NCBI GenBank assembly: GCA_965216255.1
Contig: OZ244148.1
Location: 838,623-902,622, forward strand
Length of the DNA: 64,000 nucleotides
Direction: 5' to 3'
Source of the DNA: Rhodothermales bacterium
GTDB lineage: Bacteria > Bacteroidota > Rhodothermia > Rhodothermales > Bin80
Shown here one piece after another: positions 33,750 to 41,390 of the stretch; within the stretch, counting starts at the first letter, position 1, and the number at the start of each line of letters is the position of its first letter. Below the pieces are notes generated by a model. It saw only the letters and a program-made list of their open reading frames with translations. It had not been told where the DNA came from and searched no databases. Both the position numbers and the translations under genes were made by a program.

Positions 33750-34085
33750 TCACCGTCGATTCCGAAACCAGAGAAGGGTTCTCCTGATCACATACGTGAA
33801 CCAGAAAATGTAAAATAGGAAACTCAGGATTACCGTTAAAGCCACGTGCCAATCTTCTGTGTACAAGTAGTCGGCGAAGGATACCAGTAGCATGGGACCT
33901 ATGGTCAGCAGCAGAAACAGGACGATCCGCCAAGCTATCCCAATGGCAGCTGACACGCTCTGTGTTGGTGTTTCGGGCCTGTTCCCGGGTCTCTGTTTCC
34001 GGGAGGTTGGTGCGCCTTCGTCGTTTCCTTCAATAAGTCGCCATCTGGCGTCTTTGATATCCGGATTGCGCATGGGACGAGTCAT
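33750..34085 (-). CDS. Small 2-TM hypothetical membrane protein
   Basis: 111 aa from MTRPM with two clear hydrophobic segments (IGIAWRIVLFLLLTIGPMLLVSF; VALTVILSFLFYIFWFTYVI). Confidence 0.5.
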   Translation of the reverse strand: MTRPMRNPDIKDARWRLIEGNDEGAPTSRKQRPGNRPETPTQSVSAAIGIAWRIVLFLLLTIGPMLLVSFADYLYTEDWHVALTVILSFLFYIFWFTYVIRRTLLWFRNRR

Positions 34086-34607
34086 GGTCACATGATATGG
34101 CAGGCCTGTTAGACAGGTGACGAAACGCAAGGTTCTGCGTTACATAAGCGCTCATTATGTGAGAAACTGTCATATCTTGGGTCTGTAGAATGCCGCGGCG
34201 TATCTTTGTGGAGTACCCATCAATCGCCCTAGACGGGCATATCCGGACTACATCGTATGACAGATCCAACAGAATCCAACGTACACTCACTCCTTACCCG
34301 TGAGGAGGCACTCAGCACTCTGGATGATCTGGTGCGCAGCTCCGCCCGGCGCATGCTTCAGGCAGCGCTCGAGCGGGAAGCCGACGACTACGTGAAGGCC
34401 CATGCACACCTGCGGAATGAGAACGGCCACCGAATGGTCAAACGCAATGGCCACCATCCGCAGAGAGAAATCCTCACGGGTGCGGGCCCGCTAGCGATCC
34501 AGCGGCCCCATATCCGTAACCCTCGAACAGATCTTATAGTAGGACTGCTCCGGCTGGGCGAGCTACATTAGCTCGTTCACCACATTCACCCAAACCGGAA
34601 CAGCCTC

Positions 34608-35747
34608 ATGCAAAGATACACTCCAACATTCACTTCGGCCTCCTCGCTGGTTGTCGGCATGGACGTGCACAAGAAGACCATTGCGCTTTGCGTGTACGAC
34701 GACAGCACGGGCGAGGTAATTGACGAGCGGCAGTTGCCGCACGACATGCCGAGAATCCGCAAGTATGTGCAGAAGTTACAGAGGCGCTACGGCGAGGTTC
34801 GTTGCTGCTACGAAGCGTCGTCCTGCGGATTCGGCCTGCAGCGTGCGCTGCAGGTGCAGGGCGTGCACTGCGACGTGATCGCCCCCTCATCCATTCCGCG
34901 TCGACCGGGCGAGCGTATCAAGACTGATCGACGGGATGCGATGAAGCTGGCCACGTTGTATGCCAAAGGGCTGCTGACGCCGGTGTGCGTACCGGAAGAG
35001 GAGCAGGAAGCAGCCCGGTCCCTTTTGCGCTGCCGCGCTGACTTGGTGGAGTCTATCACGCGCACCAAGCAGCGGATCCTGTCTTTCATTCAGACCCGGG
35101 GCTTTCGGTACACCGGTGCCACAAACTGGACGAAGGCCCATTGGAAGTGGATTCGTGCCTTGCCGGCAAGGGCGGTGGACCAGGTCACGCTGCAGACGTA
35201 TCTGCACAAGCTGACGTATCTGGAGCAGGAAGTGCACAGACTGGAACAGCAACTGGCAGAGGAGGCCGAAAAGGACCGCTACAGAGAGCCCGTGGGGGTG
35301 CTGATGGCCTTCCGGGGCATAGGCTTTGTGACGGCCATGACGCTGGTGTGCGAATTGGGAGACATCCGTCGCTTCGCGCATCCGCGGCAGTTAATGGCGT
35401 ATCTCGGCCTGGTGCCGAGCGAGTACAGCTCGGGCGATCACACGCAGCGCGGCTCCATCACAAAGACGGGCAACACGCATGTTCGCAAGGCGCTGGTGTC
35501 AACGGCATGGAAGTATGCAGCCCAACCGCGGTGCAGTAAAGTGCTACGCGAACGGCAGCAGGGCGTCTCGGCCGAGGTCGTTCTACTGGCATGGAAGGCC
35601 CAGTGCCGGCTGTACAAGAGATTCCGCAAACTGAGTCAGACGAAGTCGCGATGCGTGGCCAACACGGCGGTGGCGCGTGAACTGGCGGGCTTTCTCTGGG
35701 AGGCGTTGCGTATGCACACGGGCTCGCCGTTGCCGAAGGCCGCCTGA
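34608..35747 (+). CDS. IS110/IS1111 DEDD recombinase (transposase)
   Basis: RuvC-like GMDVHK, CYEAS, KTDRRDA; Tnp domain RRFAHPRQLMAYLGLVPSEYSSG and GSITKTGN. Confidence 0.95.
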   Translation: MQRYTPTFTSASSLVVGMDVHKKTIALCVYDDSTGEVIDERQLPHDMPRIRKYVQKLQRRYGEVRCCYEASSCGFGLQRALQVQGVHCDVIAPSSIPRRPGERIKTDRRDAMKLATLYAKGLLTPVCVPEEEQEAARSLLRCRADLVESITRTKQRILSFIQTRGFRYTGATNWTKAHWKWIRALPARAVDQVTLQTYLHKLTYLEQEVHRLEQQLAEEAEKDRYREPVGVLMAFRGIGFVTAMTLVCELGDIRRFAHPRQLMAYLGLVPSEYSSGDHTQRGSITKTGNTHVRKALVSTAWKYAAQPRCSKVLRERQQGVSAEVVLLAWKAQCRLYKRFRKLSQTKSRCVANTAVARELAGFLWEALRMHTGSPLPKAA

Positions 35748-36018
35748 CTCGTATCTTGTAACCAAAGAGAAATGGCCTATGGAGAAGTGATCGGGCACGG
35801 TAAGGAGAACCCACGATATGCCCTTGCGATAGCCAGCTCTCTTGCTGGTGAGTGCGCGTCAACAGATAGTGGCAGCTCCCGTCGAAACCGAAATCATGCG
35901 TTATGGTCCTTCGGGGCTTAGCACGCGAATACCAGATTGATTAGCCGTCGAAGCCGCCCGGTCGCTTCTCCAGAGGTCAAGCCAAACACTCTTCATGTAA
36001 TCTTCACTTGACATAGTA
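35748..36018 (+). ncRNA. Predicted bridge RNA/seekRNA of the IS1111-type element
   Basis: Contains TATGCCCT (reverse complement of target AGGGCATA), AACAG (target left plus core) and ATACCAGAT (donor circle junction), with intervening hairpins. Transcript limits are unknown. Confidence 0.7.
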
Positions 36019-36343
36019 TCCTACTATACCAGGGCATACCTTCACCAGCGCCATACTGCCGCGCTATATGCGCCGCAGTCCGTCGATAGATGCACTCATT
36101 CCGGCTTTGTACCTGCGGGGAGTTTCGACCAACGACTTTCCTATGGCCCTGGAGGCCATACTCGGGCCGCAAGCTGGCAACCTATCGCCATCGTCGATCA
36201 GCCGACTCAAGGGGGCTTGGCTAGAGGAATACCGGCAATGGAACAAGCGGGACTTGACGGGCAAGCGGTATGTTTACCTCTGGGCTGACGGGCTGTACTT
36301 CAATGTCCGCATGGGAAACGAGCGCCCGTGTCTGCTGGTTATT

Positions 36344-37781
36344 CGGAAGTTCCCCCCAAAATCAAGGCGATACAGAGTGTTCTGCAGGTATTAATCTCGG
36401 CGTAAGTAGTGTATGAATAAGCAGTTGCAGATAAGTCCTGCGCCACATTCGTCCGTAATAGGTCCAAATTATGATTCCCATGTAATTGACTCTGTCTTCA
36501 TCCAGTCTTCACAGTTATTCCGGACTCATAGTTGACGTTATAACACCTATTTACCCATCTTTATATCTGCGGCTATTCCTAGATCATCTTTCTAATAAAG
36601 TACCCATGTATGTCGCCACCGTCCCCAACCGCGGTGCCCGCCCCACCTACCTCATCCGCCAAGGCAAACGCCATGGCCGCAAAGTCGTCAAAACCACCCT
36701 CGCCAATATCTCCAAACTCCCCGATGATATCATCGACTACATCCGCATCCTCCTGCGCGGGGGCATCGCCGTCGATAACCCACAGTACGCCTTCCAACAC
36801 TCCTTCCGCTTCACCAAAGGTATCCCCCATGGAAACGTCGCCGCCGTACTCGGCTGCCTCCGTGACCTGAAGCTCCACAGCATCATCGCAACCAAAGATT
36901 CCAAACAGCGACGCCTCGCCATCGCCCTTATCGCTGCCCGTATCCTTGATCCCAAAAGCAAACTCGCCACCAGCGCAGCCCTGCACCCGGACACCGCCAC
37001 CCATTCGCTCGGTACCGAACTCGGTCTCGAAAACATTGACGAGGACACCTCTACCAGACCATGGATTGGCTGCTGAAGCGCAAAAGCACCATCGAAGAGC
37101 GCCTCGCTCGCCAGCACCTCGAGGAGGGCTCTCTCGTCCTTTGCGATGTTACCTCCACTTACGTCGAAGGCGAAGCCCTCGAGCTGGCCGAGTATGGCTA
37201 CTCCCGGGACAAGAAAAAGGGCAAGAAACAGATCGTCTTCGGCCTACTCACCGGCAAAGACGGCTGCCCCGTGGCCGTGGAAGTCTTTGCAGGCAATACG
37301 GCCGATCCCAACACGCTGGCTCCGCAGATTGCCAAGATCCAGCAACAATTCGGCCTCCGGCGCATCGTGCTCGTAGGAGACCGCGGCCTGCTTACCGAGG
37401 CCCGCATACGCAAAGAGGTCAAACCCGCCAGGACTGGATATCCGCCCTCAGGAAGAGCGGCATCCGCAAAATAGTGGAAACGGAAGCCCTGCAACTGTCC
37501 CTGTTCGACGAACAAGGCTTCGCGGAGATCACCACCGCCGTCTACCCGGGGGAGCGGATCGTCCTGTGCCGCAACCCGCTACGGGCCAGGGCGTCGGCGT
37601 ATAACCGCGAAAGACGGCTGGCAAAGACCGAAGAGGCGCTGGAGAAGATCGTAGTGGCCACCCGGCGCGAGGTAATCCCCTGCGTAGCATGAAGGCGATC
37701 AGCTTTCGTGTAGGGAAGGTCATCGGCAAGTGGAAGATGGAAAAGCATTTTGATCTGGATATTAAGGAAGGCTTCTTTAGC
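36344..37781 (+). pseudogene. IS1634-family element remnant (transposase from 36606, at least 3 frameshifts, truncated by IS66)
   Basis: MYVATVPNRGARPTYLIRQGKR..TLANISKLP, LCDVTSTYVEG, YGYSRDKKKGKKQIVFGLL, VGDRGLLT and ERIVLCRNP. The left boundary is approximate. Confidence 0.85.
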
Positions 37782-37867
37782 GTAAGCGTGCGGTGAAACC
37801 CATCTGGATAAGGTGACGATTTCTCGGGAGATTACTCATAGCCCCGAGGACTCAAAGCCTGGATGGC

Positions 37868-38167
37868 ATGAGACAGCCCAGACGTACGGCGGAAGAAATG
37901 TTTCCGCTGGTGGAACAGTATGAAGAAAGCAGCCAGACCGCTGCAGCGTTCTGTGCCGAGCGCGGCATCTCGTATGGGCAGCTGTTTTACTGGCGTCGGA
38001 AGTATCGCCTGGAGGCTGCGGCAGTGGACAGCGGCGCCTTTGTGGAGATTGGCAGACCCACGGCAGGTGAAGAGGCGCAAGTGGAGATCATGTACCCGGG
38101 CGGGATACGCGTGCGCCTCTTGGCGCCGGTATCTGCCTCGTACCTGGCGCAGCTGGTGCAGTCATGA
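37868..38167 (+). CDS. tnpA: IS66 TnpA
   Basis: Near-identical to 30906-31205. Confidence 0.88.
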   Translation: MRQPRRTAEEMFPLVEQYEESSQTAAAFCAERGISYGQLFYWRRKYRLEAAAVDSGAFVEIGRPTAGEEAQVEIMYPGGIRVRLLAPVSASYLAQLVQS

Positions 38168-38511
38168 TCGGACTGGGGCCTTCGCACCGGTATTTCTTTT
38201 ACCGGCCGCCGGCCGACATGCGCAAGAGCTTTGACGGTCTGTGCGCCTTGGTGAAAAGCGGCATGAAGCGGGATCCCATGTCGGGGGACGTCTTTGTGTT
38301 CGTCAACAGGAGGCGGAGCCATCTGAAGGCGCTTTCGTGGGACCGAAACGGCTTCGCCTTGTTTTACAAAAGGCTTGAAGCGGGTACGTTTGAGCTGCCG
38401 AAAGAGGATATGCCGACGTGGACGCAGATGGTGATGTTACTGGAGGGAGTGTCGCTGAAGTCCGTAAAATACCGGCGCCGGTATGCGGTTAAGAGCCGGG
38501 AATCGGGATAA
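38164..38511 (+). CDS. tnpB: IS66 TnpB
   Basis: DMRKSFDGL motif. Confidence 0.93.
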   Translation: MIGLGPSHRYFFYRPPADMRKSFDGLCALVKSGMKRDPMSGDVFVFVNRRRSHLKALSWDRNGFALFYKRLEAGTFELPKEDMPTWTQMVMLLEGVSLKSVKYRRRYAVKSRESG

Positions 38512-38562
38512 ATAGTATGTGGAAACGTGGAACAATGCATGTGCAGACGTTGTTGAACAATC

Positions 38563-40137
38563 ATGCAGCCCGAAGCACATTCCTCCCTCTCTTCTGCGGA
38601 TGTTGAGACCTTCCCTGCGCAGCTTGCCGCGGTGCTTCAGCAGAACGCAAGCCAGTCCGAGGTAATCAATCAGCTGAGCGAGGAGATAAGCCGGCTGCAG
38701 GCGAAATTGGAGAGCAAGGACAAACAGCTGGCTGAAGCCCTCCGCCTGCTCTTTGGCTCCAGGAGCGAAAGGTATGTACTGGGGCCGGAGGCGCAGCAGG
38801 GCCTCTTGTTTGACGACATGGAGGTCGAGGTGCCCCTGCCGCCCGAGCCCGAGACGGATCAGCCGAAGCGGAAGCGGCGCAAGGCCAAGCGGCGTCCGGA
38901 CTTCGAGGATCTGCCGGATCACCTGCCCCGCGAGACGATCGTAATCCAGCCTGAAGAGGACACGACAGGTCTCATTTGCATCGGCATGGAGAAGACGCAG
39001 TACTTGGAGATCGTGCCCAGCATGATAAAGGTGGTCGAGATTCATCGCCCCAAGTACGTGGACCCGACCGATGAGGACAGCGGCGTCATCATCGCCGAGT
39101 TGCCTCCGCGGCTGGTGGACAAGGGCATGGCCGGACCGGGATTGTTGGCCGATGTGGTGGTTAACAAGTACTGTGACCACTTGCCCCTGTACCGGCAGCA
39201 GCAGCGTTTCCGGCGGGAAGGCATTGAAATTGCCCAGTCCACGCTGGGAGGCTGGATAGCGCAGTCGGCATGGCACCTTGGGCCGCTGTATGATGCACTC
39301 AAGCAGGAGGCGCTCTTAAGCGGGTATCTGCAGGCGGATGAGACGCGTATCCAGGTCCAGGATCGAAAGAAGAAGGGCAAGACCCATCGGGGTTTTTACT
39401 GGGCGTACCACACTCTGGAGCAGAAGCTGTTTGTGATGGAGTATCGCAAGAGCCGTGCCCGTGCAGGTCCGGTGGCGTTCTTGGGTGGGTATGCGGGAGC
39501 GTTGCAGACGGACGGGTATGTGGCCTACAACGTCTTCGAAGCGCATCCGTCTATGACGGTCTACGGATGCATGGCGCATGCTCGTCGCAAGTTCTACGAC
39601 TGTCGTAGCTACGAACCGGAGAAGGCCGAGCACGTGTTGACAAAGATCAGCCGACTCTACGCCATAGAGCGCAGGCTACAAGAGGAGGGTGCCAGTGCGG
39701 AACGTCGGCGCGAGGTACGTCAGGAAGAGGCCCGGCCTGTACTGGAAACGCTGAAGCCCTGGCTGGAGGCGAACGGGGGATTGCCCAAGAGCCCTTGGGG
39801 CCAGGCGACCAACTATACGCTCGGCCTTTGGAAAAGGCTGACCCGATACCTGGATGAGGGCCGCGTGGAGCTGGACAATAACCTCATTGAAAATGCCCTG
39901 CGGCCGTTGGTTATCGGCCGCAAGAATTACCTGTTCGCGGGATCACATGATGCGGCCCAGCGGGCAGCCGTGGTCTATTCGCTACTTGGCACGTGCAAGC
40001 TACACGGTGTTAATCCCCAGGAGTGGCTCACGGACGTGTTCGAGCGCATCCCGACGCATCCGGCCAGGCGCGTAGCTGACCTCTTGCCTCATCATTGGCA
40101 GAAGGCACGACAAGCTGACAAACACAAGGCGGCATAG
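38563..40137 (+). CDS. tnpC: IS66 TnpC DDE transposase, intact
   Basis: N-terminal coiled coil, LFGSRSER, KYCDHLPLYRQ, LQADET, LQTDGY, CMAHARRKF and DNNLIENALRPLVIGRKNYLFAGS. Confidence 0.96.
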   Translation: MQPEAHSSLSSADVETFPAQLAAVLQQNASQSEVINQLSEEISRLQAKLESKDKQLAEALRLLFGSRSERYVLGPEAQQGLLFDDMEVEVPLPPEPETDQPKRKRRKAKRRPDFEDLPDHLPRETIVIQPEEDTTGLICIGMEKTQYLEIVPSMIKVVEIHRPKYVDPTDEDSGVIIAELPPRLVDKGMAGPGLLADVVVNKYCDHLPLYRQQQRFRREGIEIAQSTLGGWIAQSAWHLGPLYDALKQEALLSGYLQADETRIQVQDRKKKGKTHRGFYWAYHTLEQKLFVMEYRKSRARAGPVAFLGGYAGALQTDGYVAYNVFEAHPSMTVYGCMAHARRKFYDCRSYEPEKAEHVLTKISRLYAIERRLQEEGASAERRREVRQEEARPVLETLKPWLEANGGLPKSPWGQATNYTLGLWKRLTRYLDEGRVELDNNLIENALRPLVIGRKNYLFAGSHDAAQRAAVVYSLLGTCKLHGVNPQEWLTDVFERIPTHPARRVADLLPHHWQKARQADKHKAA

Positions 40138-40255
40138 CTGCCAAGCGCCGAGTGTGCCGGATCCGGCAAGCCCACCTGCTCTCCGCCTTCCAGCCGTCCT
40201 GTACCCATCGGCACACCTGTAGCTGCCGCTGACCTGTACTTCACCGGACGCTTAC

Positions 40256-40262
40256 GGCAAAC
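40256..40262. repeat. Right target-site duplication GGCAAAC
   Basis: Identical to 23677-23683. Confidence 0.85.
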
Positions 40263-41380
40263 ATCGCCCCCCAAGGCCCCATCTCCGTAACCGCGTGAAA
40301 CATCCACTCCTTCGTCGGATTCGTCCCAGGATTCGCGTAGCCCCCATACCCACCGTCACCGTAGATATACTCCTCTATGCCATCGCCGTCGATGTCCTCC
40401 AGAAAGGCGGTCTTGTTGTTGACCGAGGGAATGACCATATACCGGGTCCAGCGACGCACCTCCCGGCCAGGGTTGATAAAGAGGAAGCCGGGGCGTCCTG
40501 GCTCGCCCGTATTCAAAAGGTCCGGATACCCGTCTCCCGTGACATCGCCTGCAGAGGATTGCAACGGATCGGGTTACGAGTCGGCCGAGAATGTGCGCGG
40601 CACAAAGATCTCCTGGCGCGCTACGAAGTTAGGTCCCAGGAAAATGTTCGGCCCCGCAATGACGTCCAAGTTGCCATCCAGACTCACGTCAGCCGCCGTC
40701 ACGGCTTCGCTGTAGAACATGGCCTCCAGCTGCTGCTTTCGGAACCGGAGTGCGGTTTCTTCCAGCGGTAGGGCATTCTTGCGATCCATCGGTTTGATTC
40801 CTATCTCCCGGAAGTGAATTTTCGTCCCGGGAGTCCCCTCAACAAACAGGCCAACCTCTCCGTTGTCTCTTGGCGCCACAGACCCTACACCCGCCTCCGG
40901 CGTCCCTGCTCCGTTGGGTCTCCAGCGGAGTGAGTTACCCACCATCTGGACCTAGACACGATTCCACCTTCCATTGACGTCCAGCGGCGTCAGATCGCGC
41001 CGGGCACCTATCTGGGCCGCCAAGAGCATGCCAAGGCCAGGGAATTCGCTTCGAAAATCCATCATTTCGGCAGGATAGGCAGAGGGGCTACTCTCAAGTC
41101 TTTCCCGTTCGGCGTCGTTATCCTCCGCACCAAGGGCAATCCTGTATGCCCCGGTCTCCTGTTCTCCGAATGAATACAGGACGCCGACCGCTTGTGCTGT
41201 GGAAGCAATTCCACAAAGCAGGATTCCAGGCCTGCAAGCCCCGCTGCACCGAAACGTTGCCGCAAGCGCCAAATCCTGATAATTGCCATCCACCAGCAGC
41301 AGGGCATTCCCGCCGGGACCGACCGTGCCGACGTAGGCGCGTTCGACAAGATTTAACCGAACTTTGGAAAGATCAGAAAT
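40256..41380 (-). pseudogene. N-terminal part of the split DUF1080-like/FG-GAP gene (5' end missing)
   Basis: One frame with in-frame stops at 40952 (TAG) and 40574 (TAA). FG-GAP motifs ADVSLDGNLDVIAGP, GDVTGDGYPDLL and EDIDGDGIEE; ends GPWGAMFA at the IS66 end. Confidence 0.75.
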
Positions 41381-41390
41381 GTAGCCACGT

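Larger units (their letters stand above)
34528..36029 (+). mobile_element. IS110-family element of IS1111 type (1502 bp, CAG core)
   Basis: CAG at both junctions (34528-34530, 36030-36032), no TSD. Subterminal perfect IR TATAGTAGGA (34535-34544) / TCCTACTATA (36019-36028). Long non-coding region downstream of the ORF. Confidence 0.88.
34257..36343 (+). pseudogene. IS256-family transposase remnant, split by the IS1111-type element and 3'-truncated
   Basis: N-part ARRMLQAALEREAD..RNGHHPQREILTGAG; continuation FTSAILPRYMRRS..LYLRGVSTND..YLWADGLY. The empty site reads in frame RNPRTGHTF. Confidence 0.88.
23684..40255. mobile_element. Putative IS66 composite transposon (two inverted IS66 copies with IRR ends outward), 16,572 bp
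   Basis: Both outer ends are IS66 IRR (GTAAGCGTCCGGTGAAG). It is flanked by a 7-bp direct repeat, and the interrupted gene is restored in frame at the empty site. Confidence 0.8.
37782..40255 (+). mobile_element. IS66-family element, right copy, intact (2474 bp)
   Basis: IRL GTAAGCGTGCGGTGAAA, IRR reverse complement GTAAGCGTCCGGTGAAG, three ORFs. Confidence 0.95.

Noticed and set aside
36008-36032. Circle-junction promoter from TTGACA plus TATAGT of the IS1111 element
   Set aside because: The spacer would be 23 nt, too long for a sigma70 promoter, so it is not supported.
31292-37781. TSD at the inner IS66 ends (simple insertions or inversion)
   Set aside because: The flanks GATTTACC and TCTTTAGC match neither each other nor the outer flanks in either orientation.
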